Source: an archaeon CG07_land_8_20_14_0_80_38_8 (GTDB lineage: Archaea; Nanobdellota; Nanobdellia; Tiddalikarchaeales; Tiddalikarchaeaceae). Taken from it: a DNA stretch of 24,096 nucleotides. The notes under the pieces were generated by a model, which was given only the letters and a program-made list of their open reading frames with translations, was not told where the DNA came from and made no database searches. The stretch lies in NCBI GenBank assembly GCA_002779595.1, contig PEWF01000088.1, positions 7,669-31,764 on the forward strand, given 5' to 3'. This document shows positions 9,186-17,126 of this stretch, piece by piece. Made by a program: the position numbers and the translations under genes. Within the stretch, counting starts at the first letter, position 1. Each line of letters opens with the position of its first letter.

Positions 9186-9848
9186 TTAAATTTTTAATCT
9201 GAGCATGACTAAATCATAAAGCATGCCAATTGGCGTGAAAATGTTAATCTTGCTCTCCCCTTTGCGCCTCACTGTCTGCACAATAGTATAAGTTGCAATC
9301 CTGAAACCTGACTTTCTGACTTTGTAAATAAGCTCAACATCAAAAACCCAGCCCTTATTCTTCAAAATAATATTCTTAACGCACTCCGTTCTGAACACTT
9401 TCAAGCCTGACTGCGTATCAAACGCTATTCCGAACAATAAGAACACGAAAAAATTAAACAATAACCCTCCAATCCGCCTGTACCACTTCGTCTTCCTCAC
9501 CCTCACACTCTGGACAAAATCATAAAATTTCAGCTTCTTAACCATTGGCAGAATATACTTCGGATGATACTCCATGTCAGCATCAATAATAACACTAATA
9601 CTCGCCTTTAATTCCTTCAAACCCCTCATCACAGCATTCCCCTTTCCCTTCTCACCCCTTCTCTTAATTATTAAAGAATTAATATGCAGTGCTTTGCACT
9701 CCTTCCTTGCAATAACAGCAGTGTTATCACTTGAATCATCCACGAGAATCAGCCTGAAATTATTATTCCTTAATTCTTTTTTCAAAGTTTTAAGAAACAA
9801 AGCAATACTACCCTCCTCATTCAGGCACGGAACAACCACGTCAATCAT
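9186..9848 (-). CDS. GT2 glycosyltransferase, DPM1/GtrB-like
   Basis: VVVPCLNEE, VDDSSD, KGKGNAV..G, IIDADMEY.P, DTQSGLK, GWVFDVEL, ESKI. Confidence 0.88.
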   Translation of the reverse strand: MIDVVVPCLNEEGSIALFLKTLKKELRNNNFRLILVDDSSDNTAVIARKECKALHINSLIIKRRGEKGKGNAVMRGLKELKASISVIIDADMEYHPKYILPMVKKLKFYDFVQSVRVRKTKWYRRIGGLLFNFFVFLLFGIAFDTQSGLKVFRTECVKNIILKNKGWVFDVELIYKVRKSGFRIATYTIVQTVRRKGESKINIFTPIGMLYDLVMLRLKI

Positions 9849-9884
9849 AAAAATATTAATAAAAAGGTATGTGATTTAAAGATT
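9849..9884. promoter_or_regulatory. 36-bp divergent intergenic region with crossed TATA-like boxes
   Basis: TTAATAAA at 9856-9863 (+) is 22-29 nt before ATG 9885. TTTAAAT at 9880-9874 (-) is 26-32 nt before ATG 9848. Confidence 0.4.
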
Positions 9885-10760
9885 ATGATTTCAATAATAA
9901 TCACTGCCTGCAGGGAAGAAAAAACAATAATCAAATGCATCACGTCAATAACTTCCCAGCGCATAAAAGAAGACTATGAATTATTAGTAATCGCGCCTGA
10001 CGAAGCCACGCTAAAAGCAGCCAAAAAAGCCTGTAAGAAAGTTAAAACAATAAAAGACAAAGGATTAGGCAAATGGGACGCCTTAAATCAGGGTTTCAGG
10101 AAAGCCAAAGGCAGAATACTCATATTATTGGACGGGGACACATATTTGCAAAACAGCAGTATAAACTCCTTAATCAACGCCTTTAATGAAGAAGATACCG
10201 GAATTGTGAGCGGCAGAGTCATAAGCCAGAATGCAAAGAATAACATGCTCGGATACTGGTCGCACCTGCTCGTAAACGCGGCGCACAAAGAACGCGAAAG
10301 AAGGGACCGGAAGAAGGAATTCATCATATGCACAGGATACCTGCTAGGAATAAGAGCCAATATTATCAAGAAACTGCCTGAAAACCTGTTAAGCGAGGAT
10401 GCTTACATGAGCCATTACGTATGGAGCAAAGGGTATGACACGCGGTACGCTGCTGAAGCAAAAGTAATCGTGAAATACCCCTCAAATTTCAAGGACTGGA
10501 TAAAGCAGAAAAGAAGAAGCACTGGGGGATACCACCAGTTAAAAAAATATTTCAAAAAAAACCCAAGAATGAGAAGCTTCACAATAGAAGCAGTAAAAGG
10601 GCCTTTTTACGCATTAAGTTATGCAAAGAATTTGAAAGAATTAATATGGAGCTTAATATTATTCCCCGCAAGACTATACTTGTGGATATTAACATTTTAT
10701 GACAAAGTTTCGCGCAAGAGTTTCAGGCAGGTATGGCAGAGAGTGGAAAGCACAAAATAA
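9885..10760 (+). CDS. GT2 glycosyltransferase, cellulose/chitin-synthase-like core
   Basis: GKWDALN, LLDGD, CTGYL, LSED (xED), KQKRRS at the QxxRW position, and a C-terminal hydrophobic segment. Confidence 0.82.
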   Translation: MISIIITACREEKTIIKCITSITSQRIKEDYELLVIAPDEATLKAAKKACKKVKTIKDKGLGKWDALNQGFRKAKGRILILLDGDTYLQNSSINSLINAFNEEDTGIVSGRVISQNAKNNMLGYWSHLLVNAAHKERERRDRKKEFIICTGYLLGIRANIIKKLPENLLSEDAYMSHYVWSKGYDTRYAAEAKVIVKYPSNFKDWIKQKRRSTGGYHQLKKYFKKNPRMRSFTIEAVKGPFYALSYAKNLKELIWSLILFPARLYLWILTFYDKVSRKSFRQVWQRVESTK

Positions 10761-10762
10761 AT

Positions 10763-11065
10763 TCACTTCTTATTCTTAATGTTTAAAAAGTTCACAATAA
10801 TAAAAACAATAACCATTAACAGGACGAAATTAATCAACGCGGAAAGAAAAGAGCCTATTCTTAATTCAACAACCCCAATTGAAAGAACTATATTCTCCCA
10901 TTGCCCGTAAGAATTCAAAGGAAGAATTACAGGCATAACAATATCATTAACGAATGATTTAATCAAATCATTAACAGCAATGCCGCTGATAAAAGCAATA
11001 CCCAGACTGACAATTTTATATTCTTTCAGGAAATCCATAAAACTTTTAAAAAAATTAAACACCAT
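10763..11065 (-). CDS. mscL: Large-conductance mechanosensitive channel (short form)
   Basis: F..FL.EY.IVSLGIAFISG...NDLIKSFVNDIVMP and IGSFLSALINF, with 2 TM helices. GAGGT SD-like site upstream. Confidence 0.85.
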   Translation of the reverse strand: MVFNFFKSFMDFLKEYKIVSLGIAFISGIAVNDLIKSFVNDIVMPVILPLNSYGQWENIVLSIGVVELRIGSFLSALINFVLLMVIVFIIVNFLNIKNKK

Positions 11066-11072
11066 AACAACC

Positions 11073-12092
11073 TCATATTAATACAAACAAAACCCATGGA
11101 ATAATGCTCATGATTAACTGCAAACCAGTCAATCTCATAACAATGCCCTTCTCAGTAGCACCCTTCCTGCCCATCACGAAATGAGTCAATGAATACACCT
11201 TATCATACTTATTCCTAACCACACCATTAGCGCCTAATTTGCCCAGACTCACCGCGAAATAACCCAAATCCTTCAAAGAGCGGAGTTTCAAAATCCATTC
11301 AATAATGAACAAAGTCATAGTCACTAACGCGAATTTCTCCATATTGGCAAGAATAGTGCACACTGCAACAATGCCTCCCAACGCGTAAGTCAGACTATCC
11401 CCGGGCAAAATTTTCGCAGGCACAAAATTATAATACAAAAACGCCAGCAAAGCAACAGTGGTTGACAATAAAATAATCGCGGGAATACTCTGCCCCAAAT
11501 ACAACGCGTATAAACCAAGACTGAAAGTGTAAATAATTCCCATTCCTGATTCAGCACCATTAAAACCCCCCAACAAGTTAACCATGTTAGCGCATCCCAC
11601 AATAGCAACAGGAACCACTAATAAAGGATACAATAAGCCAAGATTAACAATGCCAATCAAAGGAATGCTCATAGTAGTAGTTCCTGCATTAATAACCATT
11701 AAAGGAATAACCGCGGGCAGAGTAAACAGCGGCTTCTGCCACTGCTTCAAACCCTTCTTGTAAGAGAAACCCTCATAAGTGCGGGGTTTGCTGTTCAAAT
11801 CATCAAAAAAACCAGCCATGGTAATAATAAGAATTGAAGTAATCGCGCTGAACAATTCAATCATGTTAGCAGAATCATGATAAACAAAAGTTTCCAGAGC
11901 AATGTAAACAAACAAACCCATCAAGACGCCGCTCATAACTGAAATGCCGCCGCTGCTCGCAATTAATGACTTATTCTTCTTATGAACATCAGACGTTACA
12001 ACACCAATGCTTCTGAAGAAATTGATAAAGCCAGGAGTGATAAAATAAGTAACCATGAAACTGACAGTCAAGGTTATCAAAGAAACAATCAT
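11073..12092 (-). CDS. aglH: UDP-GlcNAc:dolichyl-phosphate GlcNAc-1-phosphate transferase (GPT/MraY-like family)
   Basis: DVHK...GG, GFFDDL, NMVNLLGGFNGAE, YN..PAKILPGDS, FIIE..LK.R, multi-TM. ATG 12092 overlaps the aglB TAA (TAATG). Confidence 0.85.
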   Translation of the reverse strand: MIVSLITLTVSFMVTYFITPGFINFFRSIGVVTSDVHKKNKSLIASSGGISVMSGVLMGLFVYIALETFVYHDSANMIELFSAITSILIITMAGFFDDLNSKPRTYEGFSYKKGLKQWQKPLFTLPAVIPLMVINAGTTTMSIPLIGIVNLGLLYPLLVVPVAIVGCANMVNLLGGFNGAESGMGIIYTFSLGLYALYLGQSIPAIILLSTTVALLAFLYYNFVPAKILPGDSLTYALGGIVAVCTILANMEKFALVTMTLFIIEWILKLRSLKDLGYFAVSLGKLGANGVVRNKYDKVYSLTHFVMGRKGATEKGIVMRLTGLQLIMSIIPWVLFVLI

Positions 12093-14713
12093 TACCAAAA
12101 TACGCCCCCAGGCACTTCCCAGTAACTCTTCAAAGGCTCATCAAGAATGAAAGGACTAAGTTCAGTATAATTAATCGCGTAAATCTTAATATCAGTCAAA
12201 CTCTGGCTAAGCATACCCTGAATAGTCAAAGGCCGGCTATTATCATATGCCAAACTAAAACCCGGAACCTTAACATCCAATAAGTACAAGTAAGTGAACA
12301 AATTATCACTCGCATTCTTCGTGATTAAAAGAATGCCGTCATCAAATAATAACGGGCATGCAGGAATGCCGTCATCACGAGTCCAATAACACTGCTCACC
12401 CTTAACGCAGTAGCAGTTGAAAGGAATAATCTCACCCTGATTAGGATAATACTGGTTAACAATAACCCCGTAAGGCTGCATTAACGGACTCGTGCCGTTA
12501 TAAGGATAAATAATGTTGTAAATGTAAGTGGAGCCGCTCTGGAAAATAAAATTATTATAAACAAAAGATTCCTGCAGAGGGAAAGCGCCGTAATACGAAT
12601 TAAACACTAAAAGAGTCGGGTACTCTGTCGCGTTAACCAAATTAACACTATTATCCACTTCCTGATAATAATAACCAGGCACATAATACGTTGGGCGCTT
12701 GCCAATCCTGCCCATCTGCACGTACTTCAAAACGTCATCATCAATAATCAAGAAATAATCAGGCTTTCCGAAAGTTCCTGCAAGAACAGTGGCGGGCTCA
12801 GTCATGTTAAAAAAACCATTATCATAAATTTGGGAAGCAAACAAGTACCTTCCAATCATGTGGTCCAGGTTAACATCAAAATTTCCGCCGTCAAGATTCG
12901 TAGTCCTGTTGCCCATAGTCTGAACCCAGTAGCCATAATCCCACCAGTGAGTGAACACGCTGTCAACAGCAGTATTACCCTGAACCCAAATCATGGCTTC
13001 ATCCCACTCACCAGTAAAGCTTGAATACAAGTTGCTGTTAGCAGCAATTGCAATATTCAAATTGTAAATAAACAATACACCAAAAATTGAATAAGTAATC
13101 ACGGCAGCAAAAACTCCTGACTCAACAAAACCCTTAATCCACTTATTGAATTTCTTAAAAAAATAACCTGACAAAATCATTGCAGGAGGGCACACTGCAA
13201 AAATGATGCGCACGCCACCCCTCGCGCCCACAGCAGAAACGAAAAACCAGAAAAACATGAACAAATAATCAACCCTTATGCTCTTGAAGTTCTCAAACTT
13301 TTCCTGGTTCTTAACCACGAAATAAGCAAGGTAAACTGCGAATGCGAACAAAATAATGTAATGCAACGGCACGCCGAGGACTGACTGGCCGAAAAAAGCA
13401 GTAATGCCCGCGTATTCAGAAGCAGTGCTGAACCTCGAAAAAATAAACAAGATAAGAGTTAAAATATACGTTGAAGTAATGATTAATTTCTGCTTCGGGA
13501 ATTTTTTGAACATTTCAAAAAAGAGTATGAAAGAGCCGAGAATCATCGTGAAAAAAGTGAAATTCATAGGACTCCACCAGTCAACATGCCCGCTCGGGTC
13601 ATAAAAGTAAGGCGCCTGATTCTCATTAACGCTCATAGCGAACGCGTCAGAACCGAAAGGATTGCTCATACGCTCAAAAGCAAAATTCAAAAGATAAGAA
13701 TAAAAACCAAAACCCGGATAAACCAAGCTGACAAGCACCAATAACCCTATTCCCACAATCATTGAATAAAAATGCTCAGACAACTTCTTAGGCTTGTATT
13801 TTTTAATATATTTTTTAATCCTCGGATACAATTCAAACCTGTAAAGGTTCAGAACCAAAGCAACAGGGAAATAAATGAACATGTAACTCTTGAAAATGTC
13901 AACAAAATTGCCGTACCTCCCAACTAAAAAAGTAACACTAATAATTGACAAAACTATTACAGCAAAAACAATTGAATCATTCCTCTTGCTGATTCCCAAA
14001 AATATTGAAACAAGGAATAATGCGCCGAGCGCGATGAAAGTGAAATTAACGCCGCCCCATGAAAGTACTGAACCAATCACGCACAATCCTGCAGGAATAG
14101 AATAGAATAATTTCTTATGCCAGTCATCATTCTTTAACGCCTTAATAATGAAATAAATAAGTGCGAACAAGAACATGACAGCAACTGACTCCTTCTCAGT
14201 GAAGCCCGCGCTCGTCCTGTAAAGGAAGCCATTAACAACAGCCAATAATAATGATGAAGAGAATGCAACAGTGTTGCCGAAAATATCCCTAACGAACAGG
14301 AAAAAGAAAATCATCCCAATACAAGTCACTATTACAGGATAAATAATAGCAGCATTGACAATGTCAACATCAGCGAAAAAGTTCAGGAAATAATAAACTG
14401 CAGCAGTCGCGTAAGAAGGCATTAACAATTCCCTTGAAGTGTCAAAACCTGAAGGGTAATACCTCATAGTATCATTCAACGGCACACCACCCCATTCAAC
14501 AATATCCCTTGCATAGCGCAGGAAAACATGAGGGTCCAATGCCAACAGGAATTCACCGTTAAGATTAGGCAAATCCCTTGTCCTGACATAAGCAGTCAGG
14601 CTGATAATGAGAACCAAGCCTAAAATAATCAGCAACGTCTTATTCTTTTTCAATTTTGAGAAAAGTTCATCAAAATCAACTTCAAAACTCTCCTCATTTT
14701 CTTCCTTAACCAT
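12092..14713 (-). CDS. aglB: Oligosaccharyltransferase AglB (STT3 family)
   Basis: LALDP, RT.AGFTEKE, SVNENQAP, R.....PP, HWWDYGYW, NRTTNLDGGN, DDVLK (DxxK), plus a multi-TM N-terminal region. Confidence 0.96.
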   Translation of the reverse strand: MVKEENEESFEVDFDELFSKLKKNKTLLIILGLVLIISLTAYVRTRDLPNLNGEFLLALDPHVFLRYARDIVEWGGVPLNDTMRYYPSGFDTSRELLMPSYATAAVYYFLNFFADVDIVNAAIIYPVIVTCIGMIFFFLFVRDIFGNTVAFSSSLLLAVVNGFLYRTSAGFTEKESVAVMFLFALIYFIIKALKNDDWHKKLFYSIPAGLCVIGSVLSWGGVNFTFIALGALFLVSIFLGISKRNDSIVFAVIVLSIISVTFLVGRYGNFVDIFKSYMFIYFPVALVLNLYRFELYPRIKKYIKKYKPKKLSEHFYSMIVGIGLLVLVSLVYPGFGFYSYLLNFAFERMSNPFGSDAFAMSVNENQAPYFYDPSGHVDWWSPMNFTFFTMILGSFILFFEMFKKFPKQKLIITSTYILTLILFIFSRFSTASEYAGITAFFGQSVLGVPLHYIILFAFAVYLAYFVVKNQEKFENFKSIRVDYLFMFFWFFVSAVGARGGVRIIFAVCPPAMILSGYFFKKFNKWIKGFVESGVFAAVITYSIFGVLFIYNLNIAIAANSNLYSSFTGEWDEAMIWVQGNTAVDSVFTHWWDYGYWVQTMGNRTTNLDGGNFDVNLDHMIGRYLFASQIYDNGFFNMTEPATVLAGTFGKPDYFLIIDDDVLKYVQMGRIGKRPTYYVPGYYYQEVDNSVNLVNATEYPTLLVFNSYYGAFPLQESFVYNNFIFQSGSTYIYNIIYPYNGTSPLMQPYGVIVNQYYPNQGEIIPFNCYCVKGEQCYWTRDDGIPACPLLFDDGILLITKNASDNLFTYLYLLDVKVPGFSLAYDNSRPLTIQGMLSQSLTDIKIYAINYTELSPFILDEPLKSYWEVPGGVFW

Positions 14714-14715
14714 GA

Positions 14716-15552
14716 TTAAATATTCACTTCAATAAAAGCAGCGATTAATAAAAATATAATCCCACCAATTATTAAATATGAAGTATTCTGAAAGAGTTTA
14801 AAAAAATTCCTGCTCTTATAATGCCTCCTCACAACTGCCGCGCTGATAATGCCTCCAGCCAGACTTGCCAGGAAATAAGCCATTAATTCAAAAATGCCGT
14901 GAAACATGTACTGTCCCAAACCATAAGGCAGTGAAGAAAAATAAACAATAATTCCTGAAAAGTAATCACCAGCAACCACTTTAACCAACTGCTCCCTTAT
15001 AAACAAACCAACAGCAGCTCCAAGAACGCTCGCATTCCACGCAAGGATTAAAACTGCGCCAGCGCCGTAAATGAAAGAAAACAATAAGCAGAAAAATAAC
15101 ACCCTTAAATTGTTCATGAAAATTAACTCAAACAAGCCGTTAAAGACAACGTTGCCGGTAACTAATGACTGCATTGACAAAATATTACCAACCTGCTCCG
15201 AGAAAACACTCTGCAAAGCCCAGTCAGGAAGGAAAGAAAACCACAAAGAGAAAGAAACAGTGTATCCAAGAAATAAGAAGAAGAAAACGCTGATTAAATC
15301 CAATTGCTCATGAAAAACCTGCTCCTTTTTGTCAATTAAACGAAGATTAAGATTCTCCTCATCCTTTAATAAATTCACAAACAAAGGAGTAGTCGCAATC
15401 GCTGTCAAAAAAATTGAAAAAATGCTGGCCTGAGAAGGGAACACTATCAAGGACAATAATATGGCAATGCTCGAATAAATCAAACCCATAAAGAATAAAG
15501 ACCAGCTATTCCTCTTCGCCTCAACAGGGGTTAAAAAACTTTCAAGCACCAA
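14716..15552 (-). CDS. Stage II sporulation protein M (SpoIIM/DUF95)-like multi-pass membrane protein
   Basis: IFMNNLRVL...LFSF.YGAGA..ILAWNASVLG and HG.FEL.AY.LA..AGG motifs. Probable TTG start (MVLES...). Confidence 0.78.
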   Translation of the reverse strand: MVLESFLTPVEAKRNSWSLFFMGLIYSSIAILLSLIVFPSQASIFSIFLTAIATTPLFVNLLKDEENLNLRLIDKKEQVFHEQLDLISVFFFLFLGYTVSFSLWFSFLPDWALQSVFSEQVGNILSMQSLVTGNVVFNGLFELIFMNNLRVLFFCLLFSFIYGAGAVLILAWNASVLGAAVGLFIREQLVKVVAGDYFSGIIVYFSSLPYGLGQYMFHGIFELMAYFLASLAGGIISAAVVRRHYKSRNFFKLFQNTSYLIIGGIIFLLIAAFIEVNI

Positions 15553-15559
15553 ACCATAA

Positions 15560-16618
15560 TCATCTCAAATAAATTTTCCTGCTCTTGCCGCGGAAACCGC
15601 TCCCAGTATCCTCTGTTCTTACAAATTCCAATGTTTCAAGACGATTTAAGTATTTCCTAAAAGTCCTCATACTAACACCTTTATGATTCTCCAAAAACTT
15701 GTCATACAATTCGCCGGTAATAGCACCATTCAAGGTTTTCAGTAATTCAAGAATAACCTGCTCGTGCTCCTCTAACTTCTCAGCCTTCTCCTTAAACAAT
15801 ACGTTCTTAATGCTGCTCACTGCTTCGTCCACGTGCTTCCCAAACACTTTACGGCTTGAATCATTCTCAGCAATCCTCCCGGATTTCAACAATAAAGAAA
15901 TGCCCAGCCTCAAATCATTATGCTTAAAAGAGTAATCCACTACTTTGCTGAACGCTTCATCAGTGAAAACTTCCGGATAAAACGCGTGATTAACCCTCTG
16001 CATTAAAATTTTGCTGACATCATCCCTTGAATAAGGCTTAAAATCCAGATTCTCCACATTCAGCCTTGACAACAATCGCGAGTCAACCTTTTTAAGAAAA
16101 TCAGAATAATTACTGATAAACAACAAACCAATCTTCCTGCCAAAACCCTCAATTAAAGGATAAATAAAATCCAGACTCCTTGCCTTGTCAATCTCGTCAA
16201 AAGCAATAACAATACCCTTCTTATTGTCAATCTTCTTCGTAATGCCCCTGATAATCTCGTCAGTGCTCACACCCTTCCTCGGATAAGGCACGCCGAAAAA
16301 CTTGCTTAACTCCACAAAAACGCTGTGATAAGTCGAGCACTTCCAATTATTAATATAGCAGGGAATAATCTCCTCGCTCGTATTCTTCAATTCATTAAAA
16401 ACGAAGCGCACGCTCAAAGTCTTGCCAATGCCAGGCTTGCCAGTGATGAAAATATTAGCCGGACGCTTCTCAGCAAATAAAGGCTTAATTCCTGAAACAA
16501 TATTCTTAATCTCATCCTCGCGGTTAGTCACCGCAGGAGGCACGTAATCAAAATCTAACACGCTCTCATCAGTAAAAAGTGTCTGCTCGCTACCAAGCAT
16601 ATCATCAAATAAAGACAT
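15560..16618 (-). CDS. cdc6: Orc1/Cdc6 replication initiator (AAA+ with winged helix)
   Basis: LDFDYVP...RE.EI, Walker A GKPGIGKT, YINNW, Walker B IAFDEID, LLSRL, F.PYS..D...IL..R, D.R..I.LL, and C-terminal wH ending RGKSR. Confidence 0.93.
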   Translation of the reverse strand: MSLFDDMLGSEQTLFTDESVLDFDYVPPAVTNREDEIKNIVSGIKPLFAEKRPANIFITGKPGIGKTLSVRFVFNELKNTSEEIIPCYINNWKCSTYHSVFVELSKFFGVPYPRKGVSTDEIIRGITKKIDNKKGIVIAFDEIDKARSLDFIYPLIEGFGRKIGLLFISNYSDFLKKVDSRLLSRLNVENLDFKPYSRDDVSKILMQRVNHAFYPEVFTDEAFSKVVDYSFKHNDLRLGISLLLKSGRIAENDSSRKVFGKHVDEAVSSIKNVLFKEKAEKLEEHEQVILELLKTLNGAITGELYDKFLENHKGVSMRTFRKYLNRLETLEFVRTEDTGSGFRGKSRKIYLR

Positions 16619-16622
16619 ACTA

Positions 16623-16660
16623 TTATAGGAACTTTTAACTATTTAAAAAAATTCCTGTAA
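16623..16660. repeat. Imperfect inverted repeat TTATAGGAA-N20-TTCCTGTAA upstream of cdc6
   Basis: Arms 16623-16631 and 16652-16660 match 8/9 as reverse complements and bracket the AT-rich TATA-like spacer. Confidence 0.55.
16640..16650 (-). promoter_or_regulatory. TATA-like box for cdc6 (likely leaderless mRNA)
   Basis: Minus strand TTTTTTAAATA, 22-32 nt upstream of ATG 16618. Confidence 0.5.
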
Positions 16661-16680
16661 TTAATCACTAATATCAAAAC

Positions 16681-16690
16681 TTTAAAAATA
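16681..16690 (+). promoter_or_regulatory. TATA-like box for the PspC-domain gene
   Basis: TTTAAAAATA, 26-35 nt upstream of ATG 16716. Confidence 0.45.
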
Positions 16691-16715
16691 ATCAGGCAAT
16701 CAATAATATAATACA

Positions 16716-17126
16716 ATGGCAGAAAGAAAAAAGGACAAAACAGCAAAAGATTACTACAAAAAAAATCCTAACACCGTAATACGCGCAGTGAAAGCAGGAG
16801 AATTATCACTAGTGGAGCTGGAAAAATTATTAAAAAATGAAGCGCAAAGGAAACGCAAAAGGAAAACAGTAATGAAAGCAATAAATGACAAAATCACAGA
16901 TTATGAATCAAGGATTAAAAAAATCAGGGCAGAACCAATAATAAAAGTAAAACACGAAAAACCAGAAAATACTGACAATAAAATTCTTGGAGGAGTAAGC
17001 CAGGCAGTCAGCGACGCAACAGGCATAAACGTAGAAGTGATAAGAATATTATTCCTCGTGTCATTCGTGTTCTTAATAGGAATACCAGTATACGCATTAT
17101 TGTCATTATTCATAAAAGAGAATTAG
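16716..17126 (+). CDS. PspC-domain membrane protein with an extra N-terminal basic helical domain
   Basis: C-terminal NKILGGVSQAVSDATGINVEVIRILF...IGIPVYALL matches the PspC pattern (D.KI.GVC.G.A.Y.GID...VR..F...Y). It is preceded by about 85 aa of Lys/Arg-rich helical sequence. Confidence 0.72.
   Translation: MAERKKDKTAKDYYKKNPNTVIRAVKAGELSLVELEKLLKNEAQRKRKRKTVMKAINDKITDYESRIKKIRAEPIIKVKHEKPENTDNKILGGVSQAVSDATGINVEVIRILFLVSFVFLIGIPVYALLSLFIKEN

Noticed and set aside
16619-16715. cdc6-adjacent intergenic region as oriC
   Set aside because: It is only 97 bp and must hold two promoters. I see no recognisable ORB repeats, and the strand bias does not invert here.
1876-17113. Numerous 60-141 aa antisense or alternate-frame ORFs inside the GT, aglB, SpoIIM-like, cdc6 and pspC genes
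   Set aside because: All are fully nested in well-supported genes, have low-complexity F/L/I/S-rich composition typical of antisense reads of A-rich DNA, and lack promoters or motifs.
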